Source: an uncultured delta proteobacterium
GTDB taxonomy: Bacteria > Myxococcota > Myxococcia > Myxococcales > UBA5297
Assembly: GCA_963772225.1 (NCBI GenBank)
Contig: CAVYWD010000009.1
Span: 153,063 to 217,062 of the forward strand
Length of the DNA: 64,000 bases
Direction: 5' to 3'
A program made the position numbers and the translations under genes. The notes under the pieces were generated by a model. That model saw nothing but the letters and a program-made list of their open reading frames with translations. It was not told the DNA's origin and did not search any database. Positions 30,431 through 39,323 of the stretch are shown in pieces (within the stretch, counting starts at the first letter, position 1; each line of letters opens with the position of its first letter).

Positions 30431-31828
30431 ATGCGCACCCTCATTCACAACGGGACCCTCGCCACCGGCACAGACCTCGTCCGCGCCGATTTGCTCATCG
30501 AAGGCGAGACGGTGGCGCTGCTCGGCCGGGAGCTCGAGGGCCGAGTCGGTCCGGTCGAAAGGCGCGTGGACGCTTCAGGCCTCTACGTGCTGCCCGGCGG
30601 CATCGACGTGCACACCCATCTCTCGCTCTGGACCGGCGCCGCCCTCTCGAGCGACGACTTCGAGACCGGGACGCGCGCCGCGGCCTTCGGCGGCACCACC
30701 ACCGTCCTCGACTTCGCCGCCCAAGCCCGCGGGGTCCCGCTTCGAAAGGCCCTCGCCGAGCGCCGCGCCCAGGCGGACGGCAAAGCCTGCGTCGACTACG
30801 GCCTGCACATGGCGCTGCGCGAGGTCACCGCCGACGCCGTCTCCGAGATGGAGGCCCTCGCGCGGGAAGACGGGGTCAGCTCGTTCAAGCTCTTCACCGC
30901 CTACCCAGGGACGTACCAGGTGGACGATGGCGCGGTGCTCAGGGCGCTCCAGCAGGCCCGGCGCGTCGGCGCGATGGTCATGGTCCACGCCGAGAACGGC
31001 GGCGCCATCGAGGTGCTCGTCGAGCAGGCGCTGGCGCGGGGTGAGGTGGCGCCGCGCTTCCACGCGCTCACCCGCCCCGCGGCGCTCGAGGCGGAGGCGA
31101 CCAGGCGCTGCATCGCGCTGGCCGAGGTAGCAAAGGCGCCGCTCTACGTCGTCCACGTCTCTTGCCGCGAGGCGCTCGAGCACATCGCCGCCGCCCGTCG
31201 CGCGGGGCTCCCGGTCTTCGCCGAGACCTGCCCCCAGTATCTCTTCCTGACTCAGGAGGATCTCGAGCGCGAAGGCGCCGACGGCGGCAAGCTCGTCTGC
31301 AGCCCTCCGCTGCGCAGCCGCGCCGACAACGACGCCCTCTGGCGCGGGCTCGCGCTGGGGGACTTGCAGGTCGTCGCCACCGACCACTGCCCCTTCGACT
31401 TCTGTGGCGCCAAGCAGCTCGGGCGCGAGAGCTTCGCGAAGATCCCCAACGGCTTGCCGGGCATCGAGGCCCGGCTGTCGCTCGTCTGGGACGGCGGCGT
31501 CCGGACAGGACTCTTCGACGTGCGGCGCTTCGTCGACAGGACCAGCACCGGCCCGGCGCGCCTCTTCGGCCTCTATCCGAAGAAGGGGGCGCTCCTGCCA
31601 GGGAGCGACGCCGACGTCGTCGTCTGGGACCCTTCGCTCGAGCGCAGCCTCGACGCGAAGCGCCTCCACATGCGGGTCGACTACTCGCCGTATGAGGGGC
31701 GCCGCGCCCTGGGCGGGCCGCGCCTGGTCTTCGCCCGCGGCGAGCTCATCGTCGACGGCGACGCGTTTCTGGGCCGCGCCGGGGCGGGGCGATTCCTGAA
31801 GCGCGGGCCCTCGGGCGCGGGAGCCTGA
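30431..31828 (+). CDS. hydA: Dihydropyrimidinase / D-hydantoinase
   Basis: PGGIDVHTH, GGTTT, SFKLF, VHAENG, YVVHVS, ETCPQYL, SPPLR, ATDHCPF and IPNGLPG. Confidence 0.92.
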   Translation: MRTLIHNGTLATGTDLVRADLLIEGETVALLGRELEGRVGPVERRVDASGLYVLPGGIDVHTHLSLWTGAALSSDDFETGTRAAAFGGTTTVLDFAAQARGVPLRKALAERRAQADGKACVDYGLHMALREVTADAVSEMEALAREDGVSSFKLFTAYPGTYQVDDGAVLRALQQARRVGAMVMVHAENGGAIEVLVEQALARGEVAPRFHALTRPAALEAEATRRCIALAEVAKAPLYVVHVSCREALEHIAAARRAGLPVFAETCPQYLFLTQEDLEREGADGGKLVCSPPLRSRADNDALWRGLALGDLQVVATDHCPFDFCGAKQLGRESFAKIPNGLPGIEARLSLVWDGGVRTGLFDVRRFVDRTSTGPARLFGLYPKKGALLPGSDADVVVWDPSLERSLDAKRLHMRVDYSPYEGRRALGGPRLVFARGELIVDGDAFLGRAGAGRFLKRGPSGAGA

Positions 31829-31987
31829 GCGCCTCGCCGCTCTCAAGCGCATCGGCGAGCGCCGCGCGCGTCGGGCGTCGCTTGCCGCGGACCGCGCCGG
31901 TTTGGGAGGATGCCTTCGAGCGGCGAAGGCGCCCTCTCGGGGCGCCCGAGCGCCGCGACAGACCCTCCACGAAAGGCTCGAAGAGCG

Positions 31988-32593
31988 ATGCACGCCCGCC
32001 CGTTCGCCCTGATCGCCGCCCTGGGGTTCGCCGCCTGCGCCGGAAGCAAGGTCAAGCCCACGGGCGCGGGCTCCACGCAGGTGTTGCGCCTGATGCGCGA
32101 CTGGCGAGGCCTTTGGGCCGGCGCCGTCAATGACAGCCCCATGGGCCCGCTCCCCTATACGGTCGCCATCGACGAAGTCGCCGGGCAGAAGCTGCGGGTG
32201 CGCATGACGCCGCAGCGCGACGGTGACCTCGACAACATGCGCCACGCCTACGAGCTCTCGAACTTCACCGCCGGCACGCCGTCCATCCACTACGTCCTCG
32301 AGCAGCGCAACACGCGCCAGGAGGGCGACGTCACCTATCGCGAGGATCTCTCCACCGACGCGGAGGCGGTCTTCTGCCCCGGCGAGGCCGGCTGCGATGG
32401 ACTGAAGCTCTCGGTCGAGAGGGCGTCGGACACCCGCCTCCTCCTGCGCGCCATGGTGCGCGAAGCGCCGCACGCGGTCATCGAGCTGCAGTTCACCAGC
32501 CGCGAGGTGCCGAGCGACGCCTTCCGCGAGGCGCCCAAGTCCACCCTGAAGCGCTCCAGGCTGAAGCCCGCGCCGGAGTCGAGCGAGCCGTAG
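31988..32593 (+). CDS. Hypothetical lipoprotein
   Basis: Signal MHARPFALIAALGFAAC; GC3-rich codon pattern. Confidence 0.7.
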   Translation: MHARPFALIAALGFAACAGSKVKPTGAGSTQVLRLMRDWRGLWAGAVNDSPMGPLPYTVAIDEVAGQKLRVRMTPQRDGDLDNMRHAYELSNFTAGTPSIHYVLEQRNTRQEGDVTYREDLSTDAEAVFCPGEAGCDGLKLSVERASDTRLLLRAMVREAPHAVIELQFTSREVPSDAFREAPKSTLKRSRLKPAPESSEP

Positions 32594-32608
32594 CTCGGCT
32601 CCTGGGGC

Positions 32609-33472
32609 TTACGCGCGGCGCCGCCGCTTCGCCAACGCGGCGGCGGCGGTCGGCCCGACGGCGAGCATCAACGCGCCGCCGGGGCCCGTCGAGCACCCCT
32701 GCCCGCTGACGCTCGAGCCCTGGGGCACGCAGGTGGTGGCGGGCTCGCCGCGCGGGTAGATGGCGCACATGCCGGCGATATCGTCGTCGCTCAGGGTTCG
32801 CTTGCTCGTCTCGCCCAGCGGCGCCGTCGCATCCATGGTCGCGCCAGGGACCGGCGTATGGTTCAGGCCGAGGACGTGGCCTATCTCGTGGGTCACCGTA
32901 TTCTCCACGTCGGTGGCCACGCAGGTCGGAGGGAGAACCGTGGGCGTGGAGCTGCACGGCGGCGAATCGACGGTGCTGAAGGCGTAATAGGCGCCGTTCA
33001 GCTCGATGTCGGCGTCGGCAATCTCCCCGGTGCGCTTGTTGTAGAGGACGGTCGTCAGGGCGATGATCGCCGAGTCCTCCTCCCAGCAGTCGTACTTATT
33101 GTTGCAGGCGCCAGAGGTGTTGCAGGCGTCGCCCTCGGGGACGAGCTCCTTGCAGTCGCGCTCCCGCCAGAGCACCCGGTTCACGTAGTCGAGCCCCACG
33201 GTGCGCTCGGTGCTCGTGCCCTTGTCCTTGAAGACGAAGTCGGTGCAAGACGGCGTCTCCCACTCGTGGAACGAAAGCCGGGCGGCGGCAAGCGACGCGT
33301 CGGCGCCCGCGGCGGCGCTCCCCGACGCGTCCAGCGTGAACGGCACCTGCCGGGGCGACCAGAAGAGGCAAGCGCTCGGGTTGTCACTGGCCACCGAGCG
33401 AACGTAGGCGCGGCTCGCGGCCGGCGCCCCGAGGCAGGCGGCGGCGAGTGCGACGGCGGCGAAAGGCCTCAC
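32609..33472 (-). CDS. Matrixin-family (M10-like) zinc metalloprotease with MYXO-CTERM-like sorting signal
   Basis: Signal peptide; DADIELN; HEIGHVLGLNH zinc motif with Met-turn ATM; C-terminal GQGCST..hydrophobic..KRRRRA. GTG start overlaps the upstream TGA. Confidence 0.85.
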   Translation of the reverse strand: MRPFAAVALAAACLGAPAASRAYVRSVASDNPSACLFWSPRQVPFTLDASGSAAAGADASLAAARLSFHEWETPSCTDFVFKDKGTSTERTVGLDYVNRVLWRERDCKELVPEGDACNTSGACNNKYDCWEEDSAIIALTTVLYNKRTGEIADADIELNGAYYAFSTVDSPPCSSTPTVLPPTCVATDVENTVTHEIGHVLGLNHTPVPGATMDATAPLGETSKRTLSDDDIAGMCAIYPRGEPATTCVPQGSSVSGQGCSTGPGGALMLAVGPTAAAALAKRRRRA

Positions 33473-34038
33473 GGAGCGGCCTTGGCGCTTGCATCGACGG
33501 CCCGCTGGACGCGCTGCAGGAACTCGTCCTCGCGGACCGGCTTGAGCTCGGAAGGCGGCTGGATTCGGCCGTCGGGCATCTTGAGCTCCAGCCCGACCAG
33601 GCGCTGCGTCACCAGGCCCTTGCCGCTCGCCTGGGGCTCGACCGTGAACTTGCCCTGTCCGAAGCCCTCGACGCCGTACCGGCCCGAGCCGCCGTACCGG
33701 CGGAGAAAGACGATGACCTGCTCGCCGGGAGCGAACTCCGGAGCGCCCACCACCTTTTGCGCCAGGTCTCCCACGGCCCCGCCGGGCGTGCGGACCTCGA
33801 CGACCGCCGGCCCGCGGCCCTTGAGCGCACGGTCTACGGAGATACGGGTGATGGTGACGATCTGCTTGCCGTCGGGCGTCCATGAGGCGGCGCTGGACAG
33901 CACGGTGCCGCGCACGATGTGCTCGGCGCGCCGGGCGAGCTCCTCCACGTTGGCCGGAAGGACCACGCTGGCTCGAGCGGTCGTGGCAAGAGCCACGCTG
34001 AGAGCGCCCGCAAGATAGAGGGCTGTTCGAGGGGTCAT
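33469..34038 (-). CDS. Secreted protein translationally coupled to the metalloprotease
   Basis: Signal ..ARA-SVV; VEELARRAEHIVRGTV and PGGAVG..VVGAPEFAPGEQVIVFL. Confidence 0.75.
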   Translation of the reverse strand: MTPRTALYLAGALSVALATTARASVVLPANVEELARRAEHIVRGTVLSSAASWTPDGKQIVTITRISVDRALKGRGPAVVEVRTPGGAVGDLAQKVVGAPEFAPGEQVIVFLRRYGGSGRYGVEGFGQGKFTVEPQASGKGLVTQRLVGLELKMPDGRIQPPSELKPVREDEFLQRVQRAVDASAKAAP

Positions 34039-34135
34039 GAGGTTCGCCTGCAAGGTTCAGCCAGACGGGAGAGGAGCCTAGCACGCGGCCCCGGCGCCGC
34101 GGAGACGGGTTGACAGGCGCACCGAGGTGGGCACA

Positions 34136-34552
34136 ATGGCGACCGTGCTGACGCGAAACACAGTTGACACCCGTTTCGGCGGCCGCTATAAGGCCGCTCG
34201 CTTTTTTCTTTTGGCGCTTTTGGCGGCGCCCGTGACTGCCCGAGCCGGAGGCGCGTCTTACGCCCGAGGCGCGGTCCTTCCCTCGGGGAGCCAGCAGGTC
34301 GGCGAAGATCGCTACAAATCGCCGAGCAGCTACACCGATACGTTGACGTTCTACAGCAAGCAGTACCGAAATAACCCGCGCAAGAGCATCGTAAACCAGC
34401 CGGGCATTCGAGCCATCCATCTGGTGAACGAGGGCAAGGGCGACTGGGAAGGCCTCAACATCTACGAGCTCGATGGCGAGACCAAAATCTTCGTGGTGGC
34501 TCGAGAGTCTCAGAAGTCGGAAAGCAAGACCGGCGGAAACAAAAAGCCTTGA
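34136..34552 (+). CDS. Hypothetical secreted protein
   Basis: Hydrophobic FFLLALLAAPVTARA segment and coding-like body; start uncertain. Confidence 0.65.
   Translation: MATVLTRNTVDTRFGGRYKAARFFLLALLAAPVTARAGGASYARGAVLPSGSQQVGEDRYKSPSSYTDTLTFYSKQYRNNPRKSIVNQPGIRAIHLVNEGKGDWEGLNIYELDGETKIFVVARESQKSESKTGGNKKP
34164..34192 (+). promoter_or_regulatory. Near-consensus sigma70 promoter, probably driving the tRNA pair
   Basis: TTGACA-17 nt-TATAAG. A second TTGACA-16-CACAAT lies at 34110-34137. Confidence 0.7.
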
Positions 34553-34562
34553 CTGGAGACAT

Positions 34563-34633
34563 TGGGAGATCGTCTAACGGCAGGACGGCAGGCTCTGAAC
34601 CTGTCTATCTAGGTTCGAATCCTAGTCTCCCAG
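34563..34633 (+). tRNA. tRNA-Gln (CTG)
   Basis: Acceptor TGGGAGA/TCTCCCA, anticodon arm GCAGG-CTCTGAA-CCTGT, T arm CTAGG-TTCGAAT-CCTAG; CCA not encoded. Confidence 0.95.
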
Positions 34634-34649
34634 CAGCACAGAAGCGTTT

Positions 34650-34721
34650 GGCCCCGTTGTCTAGCGGTTAGGACGGTGCCCTCTCACGGCACAAGCCCGA
34701 GTTCGATTCTCGGCGGGGTCA
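34650..34721 (+). tRNA. tRNA-Glu (CTC)
   Basis: Acceptor GGCCCCG/CGGGGTC, anticodon arm GTGCC-CTCTCAC-GGCAC, T arm CCGAG-TTCGATT-CTCGG; CCA not encoded. Confidence 0.95.
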
Positions 34722-34756
34722 CAAGAAACGCGCGGGTGAGAAGCGCGTGAGTCAGG

Positions 34757-34800
34757 CGCGAGGGCCCGATCGGCTTCAGGTCGATCGGGCCTTCGCCTTT
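34757..34800 (+). terminator. Terminator after the tRNAs
   Basis: gcgagggcccgatcggc / gtcgatcgggccttcgc stem followed by cttt. Confidence 0.7.
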
Positions 34801-34814
34801 CGTGGGCGCGGAGA

Positions 34815-35171
34815 ATGTTCCAGCAGGCGCTCGACGATCTGTTGGCCCAGACCAGCGCGGACTTCGCGGTCTTCTGCGACTACGAAGGCGAGTTCATCGC
34901 GCTCTCCGCGCACAAGGCCGACTCCTTCACCGTCCGCCTGGTGGGCGCTCAGCTGGGGGCCTGGATCACGGCTCTGCAACAAGTCCACGTCGAGTACGGC
35001 CTCGGCGAGCGGGCACAGGTCGCCTGCGTGCTGCCCGAGGGCTTTCTCCTCGTCGAGGCGCTCCCGGCGCACTATTACATCGTCCTGCGGCTCCCGAAGG
35101 CGAGCCTGCTCGGCGTCGCCCAGCGGCGGCTGCGGCAGGTGGGCGAGCGGTTCGCGCGGGAGCTCGAGTAG
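34815..35171 (+). CDS. Roadblock/LC7-like small protein (MglB/MglC-like fold)
   Basis: 118 aa with helix-AVFCDYEGE-helix-three strands (YYIVLRL)-helix, ending RELE. Confidence 0.6.
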   Translation: MFQQALDDLLAQTSADFAVFCDYEGEFIALSAHKADSFTVRLVGAQLGAWITALQQVHVEYGLGERAQVACVLPEGFLLVEALPAHYYIVLRLPKASLLGVAQRRLRQVGERFARELE

Positions 35172-35199
35172 AAGCCGGTCCTCGACTGCACCTCGAGGC

Positions 35200-35862
35200 T
35201 CAGGCGGAGCGCGGCCGGCGCAGGGCGCGCGCGGGCGGCGCCTCGAAGGTCGCGCGCCACGCTGCGTGTCGCCCCAGGAGTCGCAGGGCCTTGCCCAGCA
35301 GCGTGCGCCCCGGCTCGGTGCGGTGCCAGGTGGACGCGCCGCTCGGGTGCGGCAGGGCGATGACGTCGACCGGCCGGCCGCAGTAGGCCGCACGCCGCAC
35401 ACCGCCCACGACGCTCGCGAGCGGCTCTTTCTCTCCGAGAACCTGCTCGATGGCGAGGCCTCCCACGGGCACCACGAGCTCGGGCTCGAGGATCTCCACC
35501 TCGGCGCGCAGGAACCGCCGGCAGCGGGCGATTTCGCCGGGGTCGGGCTTCCGGTCGCCGCCGCCCTTGGCCTTTCCCGGAAAGCACCGCGCGACCGCGG
35601 CCATGTAGACCCGCTCGCGAAAGCGCGCCTCGTCCACGCCGGGCCCTTCCAGGAACCAGCGAAACATCGTCTTCCCGGCGGTCCACGCGAAGGGCCTGCC
35701 GAGCGCGCCTTCGTGGGGGCCGGGCGCCTGCCCAATCAACAGGATGCGCGACGCCGCCGGCGGGCCGTGCACCACCGGCCCCACCATGTTCGGGCAGGCG
35801 CGGCATGCCGCGAGCTCGCGCTGCAGGGCGGCCAGGCGGCCCGTCTTCGAGGGAAGCGTCAT
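35200..35862 (-). CDS. Uracil-DNA glycosylase family protein
   Basis: CRACP, LIGQAPG, GRPFAW, RCFPG and LPHPSGAS. Confidence 0.88.
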   Translation of the reverse strand: MTLPSKTGRLAALQRELAACRACPNMVGPVVHGPPAASRILLIGQAPGPHEGALGRPFAWTAGKTMFRWFLEGPGVDEARFRERVYMAAVARCFPGKAKGGGDRKPDPGEIARCRRFLRAEVEILEPELVVPVGGLAIEQVLGEKEPLASVVGGVRRAAYCGRPVDVIALPHPSGASTWHRTEPGRTLLGKALRLLGRHAAWRATFEAPPARALRRPRSA

Positions 35863-35947
35863 CGAATGCCTTTGGAGAGCGTTGCCGAAGAGTTCATAGC
35901 AGCTTCGGCCCGCGCCAGCGCTGCGGGGCGCTACAATCCGGCGCGCC

Positions 35948-37702
35948 ATGCGCCTGAAGACCTCCCTCGCAGCGCTCCTCCTCTCGGCCCTCGCATGCGC
36001 GCAGGCCTCGCGCCTCCCCGCGAGCCGCAGCGCCCCCATCCACCTTACCCTGGTGGGCACCAACGACCTCCATGGCTGGGTTCAGCCCCACGAGGCCCGA
36101 CTGCCCAACGGGACCGAGGTGAAGGCGGGGGGCGTCGCAGTCTTCTCCAGCCAGCTCGCGCGCCTCCGCGAGGAGAACCCCGGCGGCGTGCTTTTGGTCG
36201 ACGCCGGCGACCTCTTCCAGGGCACGCTGGTGGCGAACTTGTCGGAGGGCGAGGCGGTGATCGCCGCCTACAACGCCCTGGGCTACGACGCAGCCGCCGT
36301 CGGCAATCACGAGTTCGACTACGGGCCCGTGGGCCCGCGCTCCATCGCCCTGGAGCCCGGCGACGACCCGCTCGGCGCCCTGGCCGCACGAGCCGCTCAG
36401 GCGCGCTTTCCGCTCCTGGCGCGAAACGTCTACCGCCGCGCCGACGGCGCTCGCCTCCCCTTCCTGGCCGCGCGCGGCCTCGCCCTCGTCGAGCGCAAGG
36501 GCGTAAAGGTGGGCCTGGTGGGCCTGCTCACGCCGACCACTCCGACGGTGACGAACCCGGTCAACGTCTCGGGCCTGCGCTTCTCGGAGATGGCCGGCGA
36601 GGCCCAAAGCGCTGCGGCCGAGCTGCGCGCCATGGGCGCCGAGGTGCTGGTGGCGCTGGTGCACGCCGGCGGCGCCTGCAGCGGGACCGACCCGCGCTCG
36701 CTCACCGGGTGCGATCCGCACAGCGAGATTTTCGAGCTCCTGCAGGCGCTCCCGGAGCACACGTTCGATGCCCTCGTCGCGGGCCACACCCATGGCCGGC
36801 TGGGCCACTTCGACCGCGGCACGGCGCTGCTCGAGTCGGGCTCCTACGGCACGCACTTCGGCACCATCGACCTCGAGGTCGACCCGGCCACCCACCGGGT
36901 GATCGACGCCCCGACCCGCATTCGCGCCGAGCTGCCGATCTGCGCCGAGGCCTTCGAGCGCACGGGCGACTGCGACGCGCGGCACAGCGAGGGCGCGGGC
37001 CCGCTGGCCCCGGCGACGTTCGACGGCGCGCCGGTGTCCCCGGACCCGAAGGTCGCCGCCCTGCTCGAGCCCTTCCTGGAGAGGGTCGCCAACGAGCAGC
37101 GCCGCAGCCTGGGCGTCGACGTGCCCAAGCTCCTGACGCGCAGCCACCAGTCCGAGTCGGCCATGGGAAATCTCTTCGCGGACGCTTTGCGCGAGCTCGA
37201 GGGAGCCGACGCTGCGCTCCTCAACAGCGGCGGTTTTCGGTCCGACCTGCGCCCTGGCGAGCTCACCTTCGGCGCGCTCTTCGAGGTGCTCCCCTTCGAC
37301 AACGCCGTCGCGACGCTGCGCGTGACCGGGGCCGAGCTCGTCCGTATCCTGGAGGTCCTTTTGTCCAGCGGCCATGGCGTGCCGCAGACCTCCGGCCTGC
37401 GCTTTTCGGCTCAGGTGTGCCCGGGCGGCGCGCGCGTCACGTCCATCCACTGGTCCGACGGCCGGCCGTTCGATCGCGCGGCGATCTACCGCCTCTCGAC
37501 CAGCGACTTCCTGGCCTCCGGAGGGGATGGGCTCGGCCCGGCCATGGCCGCGCTGCCGGACAATCGCAAAGACCTCGGGCGCGGCCGGGTGAAGAACATG
37601 CGGGACGCGCTGGCCGAGTTTTTTCAGAAGCGCGGCCGGGCCCTGGAGGCCGCGGTCGACGGCCGAATGGCGCTCACCGCGGGCGAGTCGTGCGAGCGCT
37701 AA
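35948..37702 (+). CDS. Bifunctional metallophosphatase / 5'-nucleotidase (lipoprotein)
   Basis: LSALAC signal; TNDLHG, VDAGDLFQG, GNHEFDYG, AGHTH, NSGGFR, LPFDN and GGDG. Confidence 0.92.
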   Translation: MRLKTSLAALLLSALACAQASRLPASRSAPIHLTLVGTNDLHGWVQPHEARLPNGTEVKAGGVAVFSSQLARLREENPGGVLLVDAGDLFQGTLVANLSEGEAVIAAYNALGYDAAAVGNHEFDYGPVGPRSIALEPGDDPLGALAARAAQARFPLLARNVYRRADGARLPFLAARGLALVERKGVKVGLVGLLTPTTPTVTNPVNVSGLRFSEMAGEAQSAAAELRAMGAEVLVALVHAGGACSGTDPRSLTGCDPHSEIFELLQALPEHTFDALVAGHTHGRLGHFDRGTALLESGSYGTHFGTIDLEVDPATHRVIDAPTRIRAELPICAEAFERTGDCDARHSEGAGPLAPATFDGAPVSPDPKVAALLEPFLERVANEQRRSLGVDVPKLLTRSHQSESAMGNLFADALRELEGADAALLNSGGFRSDLRPGELTFGALFEVLPFDNAVATLRVTGAELVRILEVLLSSGHGVPQTSGLRFSAQVCPGGARVTSIHWSDGRPFDRAAIYRLSTSDFLASGGDGLGPAMAALPDNRKDLGRGRVKNMRDALAEFFQKRGRALEAAVDGRMALTAGESCER

Positions 37703-37743
37703 GAGCGGCCCGGTCTCGAGAAGAGCCCGGATGGCAGCCGCGC

Positions 37744-37992
37744 TCAGTCGCTCTTGCCGCTGGAGCTGCTCTCCCAGACATTGCTGTCCTCGGTTCGATC
37801 GTCGCCGCCTTCGCCGGAGCCGTCGACCTGGCTGCTGGCGCTGCCGGCGCTGTCGCCGTCGCCGGCGCTCTCGCCGGAGCTGTCACCGCCCCCGCTGCCC
37901 TCGTCCTGCGCGCGCGCCGGAGACGGGACCAAGAGCAGGCACAGCGCTCCGAGAGTGGCCCACCGAACTGCTGCTGCCAGCGCGCTTCTCAT
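37744..37992 (-). CDS. Small secreted acidic Gly/Ser-rich protein (82 aa), possibly truncated
   Basis: GGAGG/GAGG RBS, signal ending PARA, then a low-complexity D/E/G/S tract. Confidence 0.45.
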   Translation of the reverse strand: MRSALAAAVRWATLGALCLLLVPSPARAQDEGSGGGDSSGESAGDGDSAGSASSQVDGSGEGGDDRTEDSNVWESSSSGKSD

Positions 37993-38233
37993 GGCGACCT
38001 CGTCCTCCAGACCCGACCGGTCGAACGCCTCCGAGTGTAACCCGGCGGCTGATCCGCCGCAGGGGCCCTCCTCCCGATGACCGAGCCTCTCGCCCTTCCC
38101 CGCGCCTTTCGAGCTCGACACCCGCCCCAGCGCCGACGCCGCGCTGTGAGCGACGGGCCGCGCCCGCGGCAAGGAGGGCCATCGGCGCACGGGTGGACGA
38201 AGCAAGCTTGCGAGATAGGATGAGGGCCCCACC

Positions 38234-39295
38234 ATGAAAGCCATCGCCCCGCTCGCGCTCCTCCTCGGCCCCGCGCTCTTCGCCACCGATGCCCGCGGCG
38301 AGGCGCCCGACCTCTTCGCCGCCAAGCCCTACGTCTTTCGGCAGACCGAGAAGGACCGGCGCTTCCCCAAGACGCTTCTCGCCAAGGCGCTCGCGCAGAC
38401 CCCTTCGGACGCGGCGTGCGCCCGCGTCGCAGCGAGCTTCTTGATGGGCCTGGCCGAGGCCGCGCCTTACTTCCACAAGAAGGACGACCGCTTCATGCTC
38501 TTCCCCGGGCTGGTGGCCCCGTTGGAGAGCCCGCGCTTCCCGGCAGGCGACTACCTCGTCCATCTCCTGCGGCGGGTGGCCATCGACGGGAAGGCGCCCG
38601 AGTCGTACCTCTCGACCGCGCGGGACCTCAAGGAGCGCTTCAAGGCCCCCATCGACCTCGCGCGCCTCGCGTATGCCGTGGACGGCCTCCAGCCGATCGA
38701 CAGCATGGAGCTGACGCTCGGCGCCCTTCTGCGTCGCTACGACGAAGAGGTTCACCTCGCGCCGAGCATCGCAAAGTCGTCTGCGCTCGACCGCTTTCAG
38801 GACCGCTACCTCGACCGAGACGTCGCCTGGGACGGCCTGCTCCTGGCCGACATCCGGAAGACGGAGCCGCGGAGGATGGGCCCCAAAGGCGAGCTGCGGG
38901 TCGGCGTCCAGGCGACCTTCCTCGTGCCCATGGCACCGAAGTCGCCGACCTCCATCCCCTTCTTCGAGGCGCCGAAGCCCGACCCCGTCCGCATCCGCGC
39001 GCTCCTCGCACCGGATCAGTACCTCGACCTCAAGGCGACCGTCCGCTCGGCGAAGTACGTGGTGCGCGGCCGGCTCTGGTCCTTCCAGGCGGCGGCCGCC
39101 GACCCCGACCTCCCGAGCATCGACATCGAGCTGCGCGAGGCCATCGTGTTCGAGGACCACGACTGGTCGCACTACCCCGGCTTCGCCTCCAAGCAGGATT
39201 GCGCCATTTGCGAGGCGTGCCGAAACGACCTTTCGCCTCTTGGCCTCAAGGAGCGCCAGGGGCTCGGCCCGCAGGACGGCTTCGGGCACCCTTGA
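38234..39295 (+). CDS. Hypothetical secreted protein
   Basis: Signal MKAIAPLALLLGPALFA; strong GC3 bias; C-terminal CxxCxxC; no family recognised. Confidence 0.75.
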   Translation: MKAIAPLALLLGPALFATDARGEAPDLFAAKPYVFRQTEKDRRFPKTLLAKALAQTPSDAACARVAASFLMGLAEAAPYFHKKDDRFMLFPGLVAPLESPRFPAGDYLVHLLRRVAIDGKAPESYLSTARDLKERFKAPIDLARLAYAVDGLQPIDSMELTLGALLRRYDEEVHLAPSIAKSSALDRFQDRYLDRDVAWDGLLLADIRKTEPRRMGPKGELRVGVQATFLVPMAPKSPTSIPFFEAPKPDPVRIRALLAPDQYLDLKATVRSAKYVVRGRLWSFQAAAADPDLPSIDIELREAIVFEDHDWSHYPGFASKQDCAICEACRNDLSPLGLKERQGLGPQDGFGHP

Positions 39296-39323
39296 GCGCA
39301 TCGACCCAGGAGCTCCACCGACC

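Noticed and set aside
34563-35200. Genomic island inserted at tRNA-Gln/Glu
   Set aside because: No integrase, no duplicated tRNA 3' end seen in the window, and no compositional shift after the tRNAs.
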